This document shows, piece by piece, positions 12,371-26,391 of a stretch of 64,000 bases of DNA. Position 1 is the stretch's first letter; each line of letters begins with the position of its first letter. The notes beneath the pieces are model-generated. The model made no database searches. It had not been told where the DNA came from and worked only from the letters and a program-made list of their open reading frames with translations. The position numbers were made by a program, and so were the translations under genes. The stretch lies in assembly GCF_009914755.1 (NCBI RefSeq), contig NC_060935.1, one strand, 5' to 3'. This stretch comes from the human T2T-CHM13v2.0 reference genome, Homo sapiens.

Positions 12371-13809
12371 AAGAAGTGTTTCTAGAAGGATCTTCCGGAG
12401 GCTGAGAGAAGGAGGGAGTGGGGAGGCTGGTGGGAACTGGGAGGGCAAGGGAAGGTGAGGCGTGGGGGCCAGAGACCCTGGAAGGGCTCCCCAAAGTGGA
12501 CAGAGTATCTGGAGACCCAGAAGGTGGAGAATACGGTGGGGCCCGGTGGGCTTCAGAGGGCCTGGGAGCTGGGTAGTAGGGGCCCCCCTCGAGCACTCGA
12601 GAAAGACCCCTCCATGCTGAGCTCTAGCCATTTATTCCAGTCCAGAGGTACGGGTCTTAGAGCACCCGAGGCCACTCCTGTCCCCAGGTCACTGTGGCTC
12701 CTGACCAGCCCTCAGGAGCCGAAGGGCAGGACCCCTCCCCGTACCCCATGTTGGGTGCTGACCAGCCACTGTGTGCGTCATTAGGTAGGGCTGAATTAAA
12801 ACCCCATAAATCTCATAAATAAATAAGGTGGCTGGGCCAGCCCTGTGTGCAAACACTCAGCATCGGTGTGGCCGCACCCGTTGCTGGGGGAGCCCGGGAC
12901 CCCCCTCCCCTCCTCGCCCTTGTCCCTGGTCCCTTGCTCTCCTCCCTCCTCCGGAATTCTAGCTCTTTCTCTCCAAACCAGGCGGTGACACCTCTGCGCT
13001 CCCAGTGTCCTTTTGAGGCTGAAGGGGGCGGCGTCCCACAGGGCGGGGGCCTGGCCTTGTCTGGGTCTGGGGGCTCAGGACTCTGGGGGCTGTTGCATCT
13101 CTGCTTGGACCCAGAGTGGGGTCTGTGCCACCCTGGATGGCGGCTCACAGAGGGCAGGGCTGTGGGGGACAGAACTTGGGCCGTGGAGAGGCCTCAAGAG
13201 GAGGTGAGCTTGGGGCATCTCCTGGGCCCATTACAGAGCATGAGGTTGTGTGCTGGGGGCGGCCGGGGCTGAGACTGCACCGTGGGGCAGCCAGGGCTGA
13301 GTCCATCACAGAGCATGAGGTTGGGCTGTGGGGGAGGCCGGGGGCGGCCCGGGCTGAGACTATGCGGTGGAGTGGGCTGAGGCTGCACCGTGCTCAGGGC
13401 TGGTTTAAGCTCTGGGTCCCTGTCTTGGATTCCGTCATCTTTGGAGGGGCCTCCTTTCCAGTTTGCAGGGGGCCCCATGGGTTCTGCTCTGCAGGGGCTG
13501 TGGGAATGGTAGGTGCCCGCCCTGAGCCTGGCTCGGCTGTGATTGAATTTGTTGTGTGGCAGCCGTGTGGGTTACATGAAGGGAGAGGCTGAGGACCCCA
13601 ACTCGAGGAAATTGCGATCTACGGCATCTATGCCAGATTTCAAGTCAGCGTGTGAAGAGGGTCCGGGGTGTCCGAGGGACCAACTGCAAACCCTCCCCAC
13701 AGGGACCCTTTGGTGCCCAGATGGGACCCTGGGCCTGTTTCCACCGGCCTGGGGCTGCAGCCTGGGCATGGCCAGGGGCAGAGCATCAGGAAGCCCTGGG
13801 AGATAGAGG

Positions 13810-13938
13810 GCTTGCCCAGGATGGGGTGCAGTGGTGGATCACAGCCCCCTGAAGCCTCCACCTGCTGGGCTCAAGTCACCCTCCCATCTCAGCCTCCCAA
13901 ATCTCCAGGATTACAGGCATGAGCCACTGCACCTGGCC
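13810..13938 (-). mobile_element. Degraded Alu-family monomer (FAM/FLAM-like)
   Basis: GGGCTCAAGTCACCCTCCCATCTCAGCCTCCC...GGATTACAGGCATGAGCCACTGCACCTGGCC. Confidence 0.75.
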
Positions 13939-16429
13939 ATGCTGCATTTTTCAATAGAGCAGAAATGTTTTTCTCAGCAGCAAACCACATTTCCAGTGCA
14001 ACGGGCTCCTGCAATCTCGGGGCCACTGCCAGCCCCGAGGCACTGACCCTCTGCCCTGCGTGTGCTGAGGAGAACGTGTGTCCCTCGCCTGACCCTGCAG
14101 AGCCCACATCCTGCAGGACCCCAGGTCCAGAGGACCCACGCTCTGCCACTCCCACCCCTGTCCCGGCCCCTCAGAGCCCCCCCATCACTGTGGTGCTTGC
14201 TGCTCTTGGAAAAGTGAGGAGGGTGCAGACGGCAGGGGCCATGTTCTCCTGGGAGGCCCCTCTTGGCTTCTGCTGGTCTGGCTGGAGGCAGGGGCTGTTT
14301 GGACCCGGACCCCACCGCTGACACCGCAATTTGACCCTGACCCTTTCTTGACCCTTCTATGGCTCCTGGCATTCTTGGAGGGGCCCAGGCAGTGCCCGGA
14401 TTCCTCACAGACCAGGCTGACCAGAGCCTTCCGCTAGGCACACCCGCAAACCTTTAACCTCGCTGTAGAGCCCTGGACCCTCCTGGCCTCTCGCTGCCTC
14501 ACCCTCACTCCTGCTCCTGCTCAGGCGTCTGGGGACAGAGCGTGTCCTTGAGGGTGTGGAGGCCAGCAAGGGCTGCACTGCCCTCCCCATGGGCTCTCGA
14601 CATGGGAGGGGCCCGGGAGACTTGGAAGGGGGTGGCCTGCAGGGATGGGCAGCCCTGGGGCGGTGGGAGGGTGGCGTGTGGCCGGCCACCTGCCAGGAGT
14701 GCTGATTGCGGCGGGTGGTAAACTGCGGGTGCCCCTTTGCGGTGCCCGGATACCTGGCGGGGAGCCCTGGGGGCTGCCCATGAACCAGTGCCCACTTTCC
14801 TGCCCCTGGCACGGGCTCGGCATGGGACCCAGTGCCCACTGCCCATTGCACGCCCCCCTCCTGCCCCAACGGCCGGCAGCACTAGTGGCCTGCTTGGCCT
14901 CACCTCGCTGTGCAGACGGGGGGTGCCTCAGGGCTGCCCAAAAATCCTGAGTCTGTGGCTCAGTGGAATCTCCAAACCACAGAGGCCAAAGAGGGCGGGG
15001 CCCCAGGAGGATGAGCCATGTTGTCAGGAGGGGCCAGTGCACAGAGGATGGCAGCCCCCTGGTCCCTGTCACGGAGTCCGCGCCCCTGCCTGTGCTGTCA
15101 CTGCCTGCTTGAGTCCCGGAGAGCCATTCACATCCGTGCCTTGCACCCGTGTCCTCCACACCCAGGCCGGGTCCTGGTGCACCCCGGGGTCCCGGAGAGC
15201 TGTTCACATCCGTGCCTTGCACCCGTGTCCTCCACTCCCAGGCCAGGTCCTCGTGTACCCCAGGGTTGGAGGGACAAGGAAGAAGGCGTTCACACTGTGA
15301 CCTCCCCTGGGGCTGCCAGGACTGGAGGGTCTTAGGCCTGGCTTGAGGACGGCCCCATCCCCACCCCGTCCTCCTGGGCCTTGCCAGCATCACTGGGTGG
15401 TCGTGGTGCCCCACTCCTGTGTGGGCCCAGAAGTGACCTACGAGTCCCACTCAGCGCGGCACCCTGGCAGCCTGGCATGGAAGGTTGTGGGTCAGGAGCG
15501 TCCCCTGCTGCCCTGGGAGCCCCCACCCGCCCAGGCTGGTGGCGGCTGCTCAGGGGTGACCTGCAGGCAGGACAAGAGCCGAGGCTGCAGGGCAGCCTGT
15601 GTGTTGTCTTTGAGAGTCGGTCAGAGCCGCCCCAGCTGCCCCAGCCTCCTCTACCTCCCTCTTGGCCCAGGCAGCAGCCTCGGCTGCAGAGACGTCTGGT
15701 CAACCCGAGGAGGGCCTGGGATGTGGCCTTGGTTGAGTCAACGTTTCCCTCTCTCCCCCGAGGGGCTGGCCTCTCCTCCCTGGGGCGTGTTCCCATGCTC
15801 CAGTCCAGATGAGCCGTGTCTGTTTTCCCAGGGAGACGAGAGAATATCTTTTCCTTTTCTTTGAATAAATGTGCCCATTGCTGGCACCTGTGCCAAGCGG
15901 TTCCCAGGCCCGAGAACCCTGCCAGGCTGTGGTCCTGACCGCCCCAGGGAACCTGGAAGTGCCTGCACCTGGAGCTGGGAGAGATCCTGGATTAGCCCCC
16001 GAGGGCAGGCACGCAATGCCGGGGTCAGCCAGGGGAAGCAGCTGTCCACAGCTCCACAGGCTGCATGCCAACCACGGCTGCATGGCTGGGACCTTCTCAC
16101 CCGCCAGGGCCTCTCCACCAAGCAGCGCCTGCCTGGCCACCCCTGGACAGCCCCTGGGTTGGTCAGCGGGCTCCAGGCAGGCCAGCAGGGTCTGCCCACA
16201 CCACCCAGTGAGCGCTCTTGGAGGGGATGGGGGGCCTGGCACACAGTCAGGCTCAATGAACATTTGGAGAAAGACAGAAGGAATGAAGGGTCCCCCCCCA
16301 CAGGCAGCTGGATGGGGGTCCGCTGTGGCCCAGCACCATGTGCCCAGCCCTCTCCCCCTGGCCACCGTGAGGCCACCTCTTCTGTGGTGGATGGCGGCCT
16401 GGGCTGTGAGCCCTGCGTCAGCCGTGGAC

Positions 16430-16878
16430 CCACCCTCCCTCTCTTTCCTTCCTCTCTCTCTATCTCTCTCCATCATTTCTCTCCCTCCCTCTTTCCTTCT
16501 CTTGCTTTCTTTCTCTTTTCCCTTCTCTTTTTTCTTTTTCTCTCCCTTGTACCCTCCCTCTTCCCTCCTTCCTCCTGATTCCCTCCTTCCTCCCTCTTCC
16601 CTCCTTCCTTCCTCTTCCCTCTCTCTCTCCCTCCTTCTTCCTTCCCCCTCCCCCTTCCTTCCTCCCTCCGTCTTTCCTTCCTTCCCTCCTTTTTCTCTCT
16701 CCCTCCCTCTGCCTCCTCTCTGTTTCTCTCACTCCCTCTGCCTCCTCTCTCTCTCTCTCTTCCTCCTCTCTCTGTCTCTCTCTCCCTCTGCCTCTTGTCT
16801 CTGTCTCTTTCCCTCCTTCTGCCTCCTCTCTCTGTCTCTCTCCCTCCCTCTGCCTCCTCTCTCTGTCTCTCCTTCCAT
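16430..16878. repeat. ~450-bp polypyrimidine (CT-rich) tract
   Basis: Almost only C/T on the + strand. Confidence 0.95.
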
Positions 16879-17844
16879 TAGTACATCACATGGGATGCAA
16901 TGCTGGCTGAAGGCATGTGGGACAATTTTTTAGACTGTCCTTTTTCTCAATCCCTCCATAACATTCAGGCCACAGAGGCTTTGGTCCTGTCCTTGCTGTG
17001 TCCAGCATCACCTGCAGTAAAATCCAGCCTCAGTCCCCCTTTAGGACATGCAGGGACAGAGCTCCGTGGAACCCCAGCATGACATGCTGTTCACCTCTTT
17101 AAGGCTGCACCTTTTCATACTGTTAAAATGGCAATCAGATTTCCAATGTATGAACTTTGAGGAATATATTCACACCATAACATGCCTCTCTGTCCTTTGG
17201 GCCTTCTCAGACCTGTTCCGTCCACCTAGTGCAGGTGCTGTCAGCTTCAGCCTCCTCCTCAGAGACCAGACATGTCCTACAATCTGGGGTCCCTTGTCTG
17301 GCCAGAGGGAGGGACGTCAGGATGGGACAGGTACTCCAAGAGTTCTGACTTAAACAGCCCAGGAGGTGGTTCCTTGGGGTGTGGAAAGAGAGCAGGGGTG
17401 GTTCAGGAGATAGCCCGTGGCTATTGGTCATGTGGGGTCTGAATTCAGGCTGCTCACATCTGGTTCTGCCCAAGACTTAGCTTCTCAACATCTGCACCAG
17501 GAATAGAGGACCCACCTGCCCCAGGGAGAGATGACTGACCTGCCCCAGGGCCAGAGGATGCACCTGCCTGAGGACAGAGGGGTGTGAGTCCTGCCCTCTG
17601 CTCATAGGCAACCCTGGAGCATGGGCTCAAGCCTTCTGAGACTTGGTGGGGGCATGGGATTTACTCCCAGGCAGGGCTCACCTGGACCAGGGCCCTCCAC
17701 TGCCCCTGGTGCTGAACTCAACCCCACCCCTGAATACTGCCGTGGGGTTGTCTATGAACATCTCCCCCAGCTCTCAGTGAGCTCCCTGAGGGCAAGACCT
17801 GTTCCAGCCCCATGAAGGCCCCATACATGTTGTGGAATGAATAA

Positions 17845-19405
17845 ATATGAGTGAATGAGTAAGTGAATATGAATATCAATAATACAGTTGAACATGTATG
17901 AATGAATGAAGAGAAATATGTGAATGTAGATGGATGGGAATGAATGGATGGGAATGAGTGGATGAGTGAGTGAACAGGAATGAGTGGATGGGAATGAGTG
18001 GATGGGACTGAATGGATGGGGATAAGTGAATAAGGATGAGGGGATGTGAATGTAGATGGATGGGAATGAGCACATGAATGAGTGAACAGGAATGCATGGA
18101 TGGGAATGAGTGGATGGGAATGTAGATGGATGGGAATGTAGATGGATGGGAACGAGTGGATGGGAATGAGTTGATGGGAATGAGTGGATGGGAACGAGTG
18201 GATGGAAACGAGTGAATGGGAATGTAGATGGATGGGAATGAGTGGATGGGAATGAGTGAATGGGAATGTAGATGGATGGGAATGAGTGGATGGGAACAAG
18301 TGAATGGGAATGTAGATGGATGGGAATGAGTGAATGGGAATGAGTGGATGGAAATGTAGATGGATGGGAATGAGTGGATGGGAATATAGATGGATAGGAA
18401 TGAGTGGATGGGAATGTAGATGGACGGGAATGAGTGGATGGGAATATAGATGGATGGGAATGAGCGGATGGGAATGTAGATGGATAGGAATGTAGACGGA
18501 TGGGAATGAGTGGATGGGAATGTAGATGGTTGGGAATGAATAGATGGGAATGAGTGGATGGGAATGTAGATGAATGGGAATGAGTGGATGGGAATGAGTG
18601 GATGGGAATGTAGATGGTTGGGAATGAATAGATGGGAATGAGTGGATGGGAATGTAGATGGATGGGAATGTAGATGGATGGGAATGAGTGGATGGGAATG
18701 TAGATGGATGGGAATGAGTGGATAGGAATGTAGATGGATGGGAATGTAGATGGATGGGAATGAGTGGATGGGAATGAGTGGATGGGAATGTAGAGGGATG
18801 GGAATGTAGATGGATGGGAATGAGTGGATGGGAATGTAGATGGATGGGAATGAGCGGATGGGAATGAGTGGATGGGAATGTAGATGGATGGGAATGAGTG
18901 GATGGGAATGTAGATGGATGGGAATGAGCGGATGGGAATGTAGGTGGATGGGAATGAGTGGATGGGAATGAGTGGATGGGAATGTAGATGGATGGGAATG
19001 AATAGATGGGAATGAGTGGATGGGAATGTAGATGGTTGGGAATGAGTGGATGGGAATGAGCGGATGGGAATGTAGATGGATGGGAATGAATAGATGGGAA
19101 TGAGTGGATGGGAATGAGTGGATGGGAATGTAGATGATTGGGAATGAATAGATGGGAATGAGTGGATGGGAATGTAGATGGTTGGGAATGAATAGATGGG
19201 AATGAGTGGATGGGAATGTAGATGGATGGGAATGAATAGATGGGAATGAGTGGATGGGAATGTAGATGGATGGGAATGAGTGGATGGGAATGTAGATGGA
19301 TGGGAATGAGCGGATGGGAATGTAGATGGATGGGAATGAGTGGATGGGAATGAGTGGATGGGAATGAGCGGATGCATGAATGAATGAAGATGACTCAATG
19401 AATGA
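17845..19405. repeat. ~1.5-kb GGATGGGAATG(AGT/TAGAT) minisatellite
   Basis: Interleaved 14-bp and 16-bp units, purine-rich + strand. Confidence 0.95.
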
Positions 19406-19794
19406 ACAAACAAACAACAGTCTCCCACAGTGGCCTGTGGTGTGAGCCCTGCTGCCAGCCATGGAAACTGAGGCAGAGAGGCTCCTGGCTCAGCCCTGCC
19501 CAGCCTGTCCAGCCCCTGTGATGTTGGACCCTCCGGTGCAGACCCACCAGTCATCTGCAGTGACGGGTGGCAGTGGACGTGGGCTGAGTCGCGGCGGACT
19601 GAGTCCTGGTGGCCACTGCTTGATTTCATTGCTGGGCAGTGCTCCCGTGCAGGGTGTATTTGTCCACTCCCCCTTGGGGTGCAGGGGCTGTGCCTTCGGT
19701 GCCTGTGGCTTCAGTGCCTGTGCCCGGGAGAGGGCTCATTCCCCATGTTGGCTCCTGTGGGCCCCTGAGCCCTAGTATTCAGTTCATTGGCTGC

Positions 19795-20125
19795 TGTGTG
19801 TCTACCGGGGCCGCCATAATGAATGCCCACAACAGGTGGCTTGAAAACATGGGAAATGTATCCTCTCACCGTTCAGGAGGCCAGAAGTCCCAGTTCTGGG
19901 AGGCAGAAGTGTTGATTCCCACTGGAGGCTTGGAGTACCTCTGACACACATACCCGGCCTTTCCCTATGGGGACACACATGGATGGTGGACGACACCACC
20001 CAGATCGTCCAAGAAGATTTCATCTGAGATCCACATTATACCTTCTGCCAGCAAGGCAGCCCTCCCAGGTCCCAGGGTTCAGGGTTTGGGCTTATCTTTT
20101 GGGGGCCACCCTAATCCTCCTATAG
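19795..20125 (-). mobile_element. MLT1-type LTR remnant
   Basis: GGTGGCTTGAAAACA...CCTCTCACCGTTCAGGAGGCCAGAAGTCC...TATCTTTTGGGGGCCAC. Confidence 0.6.
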
Positions 20126-21849
20126 TCCCAGAGGCCTGATGGGACACACAGCTCAGCCTAAATGGTCCCCTGGGACAGATGGACGGGCAGTCCAGCAGCC
20201 AGGCAGGATGGGAGGGAGGTCCACCCGTGCTGGAGAGCTCGGACCCCTGGGCCAGCCAGGGCCTGTGCGAGGCCCATGCACAGACAGGAGCTGCTTGGGA
20301 AGTCGTGGTCCTAACCCCTGATGCTGACACGCAACGTCTCCAGATGCCCTGGTGGTGGGGAGACATCAGTCCCTCCCAGCTGGTCAGCCTGCGGACTACT
20401 GAGCTGGACACCGTGAGGAGCCATCTGACTCGACGGAGGAAGCCCTCATGGGGGCGTGGGATGCTCTGGGGCCTCTGCACTGCCCCCACCCCCCGCACCC
20501 TGAAAACGACGTCTGTGTGTGGTGCAGCTAGCGTGGACCATGTCCCACGGAGGGCCCACCCCTACCAGGTCCGTCTTCTGGCATGGCCATGGCTGGGCCT
20601 TCCGCCTCACCCGCTCTGGGAGGGAGCCCTGGCCTGCGCTGGAACACTCGGCCTCCTCCGTGAGGGGGTTTGTGCTCGGACAACATGAAGGCAGACGGAT
20701 GCCTAGCACAGCTGGCTTGGTAAACAGAGAATGTGCCGTTTACTCCCACATCCGCAGAGTAAATCCCCACGGGCAGTGCGCCGGGTGCTGGGGACCGGCA
20801 GTCTCCACTTTGGGGAGAGGCAGAGCAACAACGGCTGACCCCAGGAGTTTGGAGCTGCACCCTGGTCTGTGTGCGTAAGGCTCCTTGGCTGCACCCCACG
20901 CTGGGTGAGGGCACTGGGCTGGAGATGGGACAGGTGGGCGACTGTCCCGGTGGCCCTCCAGCGCGGTCCCCAAACCGGGCCTTTCCCACCACCCGGGGAG
21001 GACGCTGCTTATGGCCAGGCATCTTGGGCAGCCCCAGTGCACAAAGTCAGGGCTCCTGGTGGCCCGGGCAGGCTCTGTGCATGGTGGGACCACCTTAGCC
21101 TTGCCTCTTGCAAAGCAGCGCCCAGCCCCCACCCTGCCCTCTTGTTGGCTTTTCTGGGAGGCCTGTGGGGGGCCTTTCCAGTGCCCTGGTGCCGCCCCTG
21201 AGCTCTGGGTCACTGCCCAGAGGCGTCTGAAGCAGACACCTGCCCCTGCCTCCCTGAGCCCACGCTACCCGCTCTGTATCCTATCTAGAACTTTCACGAG
21301 CCGACATTGTCCTGTGTGCCAGCTCACTGTCCCCACGGAACAGCCATGCCACGAGGGTGGGGTCCCTTTTGTTTGGGGGGCAGAGCTCAAGCTTTTGGAT
21401 CTGCTTCAAGCCCAGAGCCACCCGTCAGCTGAAATACTGAAAGGAGGAAGGGGTGAGAGGAGGAAGGACTACGGGGTGGACAGGGCTCTCAGCAGGCACC
21501 CCTGCCCCACTTCACAGCAGCCCTGCGGCCGGGGACGGACTTTGGCAGGGCTGGTGGCAGCTGGGTCAATCTGGGCTTTTGGGAGGCTCTGGTTCTGTGG
21601 ACCCTCTAGGGCTTGTCCCCCCGCCTGTGACCTGAGGTCTCCTGAGCTCTGCGTCTCAGTCTGCTCTCGAGTTAAATGGGGACAGTATCACATGCTACAG
21701 AAGGCCTGTGGCAAAACGCTGTCTGTAGAGACCCCAGCACAGCTGCAGCTCAGAAACAGCCACCGTTGTGAAGAAGATGCGTAAGAGTCAGTTGATCATG
21801 ACTACTAGCCTTTCCTTGAAGCCTGTGTGTACAGGTAAAACTGCTGTGT

Positions 21850-21851
<2 letters not shown>

Positions 21852-21908
<57 letters not shown>
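21852..21908. repeat. (CA)~28 microsatellite
   Basis: Uninterrupted CA run. Confidence 0.97.
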
Positions 21909-21910
<2 letters not shown>

Positions 21911-24900
21911 AAAGCACGCAGCCAACTGAGCCCAGGTCTGATGCTGTCTGTCCTGACTCTAGGACACACCCGGGTTCCTGACATTCACAGTGAACCTGTG
22001 AGCTCTGGAGCCAACGAGAGACGTTATTGGCCAACGCACTGCCCTGGGGCCGGGTCGCTGGGGGGACCCAGGTAGGAGGCAGGGCTGGGGGAGCAGAAAG
22101 GCAGGGATGGGGATGGACGTGGCTGATGCTGTGACCTCAGCCAGGACAGTCCCCGAGTGGAGGAGGAGGCTGGGCCCCCCTAAGGCCGCTCTTCCCCAGC
22201 CTCCTGCCCCCCGGCCCAGGTCTTATCACCCTCACCCAGCCCCGGCCTCCCCTCTCGACCCCCAATCTGTTCCCACCTCCGTTGGAGGAGGCTCCTGAGG
22301 TGGGTGCCCCTCTAGCCTGCCTGCCCCTGTCCAGGCCCTGAGGGCTCCAGAGGGGGGCCGAGGCCTGGGGGTCCCGACCTCCATGTGCCTCCCGTGTCCC
22401 CCGCTGCAGCCCCACACGCACCCCACTGTCCAGCCACACAGGCCGTCTGAGGCTGGGGGCCCAGAGGCAGACTGCCCCAGATATGTGGGCAGGGGTCAGC
22501 GGGGCTCTCAGGACACCAGCTGGGGGTGAGGGGAGCATGGAGGGAGCGTGGGACAGGCTGAGCTGCCGAGGGAGCCACCCTGGAGCTCTGGAGCCGGGAG
22601 GCCTTGGGAGACATCCCAGGCTGGGTTCTGTCCCCCGATGTGGCAGGCGTTGCACGCAGGCTCGCTGTGGCCTTGGGCGAGGTGGCTTTCTGGGGAGGGC
22701 AGTTCCCAGGGAAGGAGGGCCGAGCCCTCGGCAGCCAACACTCGGGTGGCTTGGGATGAAGGCCTCGGTCCTGGTGGGGCCTGGGCGACGCCCCCAGTGC
22801 CCACCACGCAGGCCTATGGTTGGTCACGGAGGTGGCCTTCTCCTCCTACCCACTGTCTCTACCTCAGCTTCCAGCAGGTGCCCAGTGCTCATGCCGGCCT
22901 CGAGCCTGGACTGGGGGCTGCACCTGCCCCAACACTCTCAATGTGTGGCTGGGGAATCTGAGGCCCAGAGGCACCCAGCCCATCCCCCCACAGAGCAGGC
23001 CTCAGACCTGCTGCCCTGCTGTCTGGCCGAGAGCACCACCCGGGGTGGAGCGGCCGGTGAGCTGAGCCCGGGTCATAAGCCAGGCAGGGGAGCAGGCTTC
23101 CTGGGATCCGCCGACCCCGTCCAGCTGCTGCAGGGCCCCATGCCTGCCACAGGATGCCCCTGAGCCTGGGGCATGGCTGCTGCCCTGCAGGGGAGGCCAT
23201 CTACTGGTGCAGCTGTCCTGCAGCTGGACATGGCTTTGAGATGACCACTGCAGGGTGGGGTGCAGGGAAAGGCCATCGAAACCTGAGACCCAACACAGGG
23301 GAAGGTGGGGAAGGCTGCGGGGCCCAGCTGCACAGCGGGCTGGGACGCAGAGCCAGCCTCCCACCCTGGGCCTGTCCCCTGATCTCCGCCCAGTGTGGAC
23401 TCCTTTTGGGCACAGCTGAGACCAACCCAGCAGGTAAGCGGATTAGCATGGTGCATGCCCCCAGGGTGCACAACTGGCTTTATCAGGGCCCGGATGTTGT
23501 CTCAGGTGGAGCTGGGCAGGCTTAGGTGAGGTGGGTGTTCCCAGGTCAGATACGCTCTGCCCAGCTCTCACCCCTCAGCCGGCGCAGGGCCAGGGGCCTG
23601 GATCAGGGGTTCGCTCCAGCTGCCTGCTATCTGGCTGCCCGTGGCGGGCTCGGGGCAAGGGTGTGCAGGAGAGCCGGGTCTTGGTGGCTTTGTGCTCCTA
23701 CCCTGGGTTTCAAAGGCGCTGCCTCCCTTGTTCCTTGTTCATTCACAAAATCCGTGAGCGCCCCAGCATGTGGGACACAGATGAAGGGGCCGGGGGAGGG
23801 TCTGCCACTGGGCCAGGGCACCGGGAGTGTCCCCACGTGCCATTCGGCCGAGTCCTTGGCAGGGGGAAGCCCTGCTCAGAAACGGAGAAACTGAGTCTTG
23901 GGACATTTGCTGTCTCGCTCACTGTCAGAGCCCCCTCCATCCCAAGACAGGCCTGGGCACCTGACAACCGTGCAGGACCGTGACATAAAATATGCCAGGA
24001 AATCGGGTGGAGGAAACTCAGACGTGAGGGAATCAGGCTGGCAGAGCCGGGTGGGGAGAGGGTGCTGGCACAGGCAGGGACGCTCTAGGTGCTGGTTTTA
24101 GGGGCAGGGCTGCCTGGGAAGCCACCTGAGATGAGAGGGAGAGAGGCCAGGGGGACTTGAAGAAGCCCAGGGTGCTGGGAGAACCTGGGGGCCAAGCAGA
24201 GGAGGTGCCTGGGGGCCGGGCCAGGTGGGCACAGACCCACAGCTACCCGGGCCCTCCTCATCTGCCCCACCCCAGAGCCCACCTGCATCCGCCACAGCTG
24301 GCCTGGCTTTCTGCCCGACACCTGCCAGGTCAGGGGGCCCCTGCTGGAAGCCACACCCCACTCTGCCCGCCTCCCACCTCCTCACTCCCCCCGCCTGAGC
24401 TCCTGCCAGCCCTCACGGCGCCCTCCTAACCTCCACTCATCAGAGCCCTGCCCTGTGCCCCAGACTCGGCTGGAGGCACCCCCAGGAAGCCCCTGTGGGA
24501 AGCAAGTCCTGGTGTCGGTCCTCACCCCACCCCTCAGGGAGCCACAGGCCCAGCTCCTGGGTGTGTCCCTCTGGGTGGGGGCCTGGGGTCACAGGCTGGC
24601 CTGGAGCCATGGAGACAGGGGAGCTGCCTGGCTGTGGGGGAAAGGCAAACACCCTTTTGTCTGTGGCCGCCTCTTCTGCTCGGGGAACTCTGGGGACAAA
24701 GCCGGTGGGCCAAGGAGCCCCCGCTGTCTAGACAGCCCTGCCCCACGAGGCAGGCAGGGGAGGGGGCGCCCTGAGCAAACAAGCAGGTACCAGGCGTCCT
24801 GAGACTGCGGGGCCAGGCCAGGGTGGGCAAGCGACGAGGCCCGCGGCAGTGGGAGGGGGCGCGGGATGCTGTCCTTAGGGACCCTGGGCCCCAGCCGGGG

Positions 24901-25774
24901 TTTCTCCCTGGTCTCTCTCCTTCCTTTCTGCTGGCCACCACCTCCAGGAAGCCAGCTGGACCTGACCCTGCCTCCTGAGGGCTCTAGGAACCCACCTCCC
25001 AGGTCCAGCCATGCACCAGCCTGTCCTCGTGACCCTCACTGGCCTCAGGGATCCCCCAGTAAGGGGGCAGCGGTGGGGACTCACCTGTGGGGCTTGAGTG
25101 AGCCATGCCCAAGACAAGAGGCAGAGCCAGGAGGTGCAGGTGACGCTATGGTCCCCAGCTGCGTGGCGGCTCTCTCCAGGTGTGTGGGCCTCCTGGTCCC
25201 TTCGTGGTGTCTGGTGTCACCACGCACAGCTCAGACCCCTGCTGCAGTCCCCAGGGATCCACAGCCGCACCTGCCCTTTCCTCTTGCTTCTCACTGCGCC
25301 CCAGCCCCCTGGCGGCTGCTCACCAGCCTTCATGTCCTCACTGACGCCTGCCCTGCACCGGGACCACCCTGTGTTCCCCAGCTGTGCCCAGACCTGATGG
25401 AAATTCTCAGCAGCCCAGGCCAGACCCACCTTCCCGCTCTCCTGCCAGCTCTGAACGTTGGGCCCCTGGCACTGTTATTCACATCTTACTCCATCAGTTC
25501 CCAGCCCAGCCCCAGCCCCTGCCCCTTCAGATGCAAACCCTGTGAGGGCCAGAGCCTCCCTGGTGTCCTCACCTTCCCACCCATACACTCAGCTCTCCAT
25601 TTATTCAGGATTAATTCAGCTGTTTGGGGAATAAAGATGTGAAAAAGTTACCATCTTTAACAATCCCCTTGACTGACTTCAGAATAGTGTTCCCTTTCAT
25701 CCCCTCTGTCCACCTGGGAATGCTTCTGATGCTGCCTGCATTATCAGGAGGGGAAGAGGCCCAGCCAGTCTGCA

Positions 25775-26391
<617 letters not shown>

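Noticed and set aside
17752-19629. 625-aa and 528-aa minus-strand ORFs
   Set aside because: Translations of a stop-poor minisatellite (HSHPSTFP repeats), open in several frames, with no gene structure
20100-25700. Many overlapping 100-260 aa ORFs suggesting a hidden intergenic gene
   Set aside because: Expected in very GC-rich DNA; no recognisable domain or consistent exon chain. A lncRNA cannot be excluded from sequence alone
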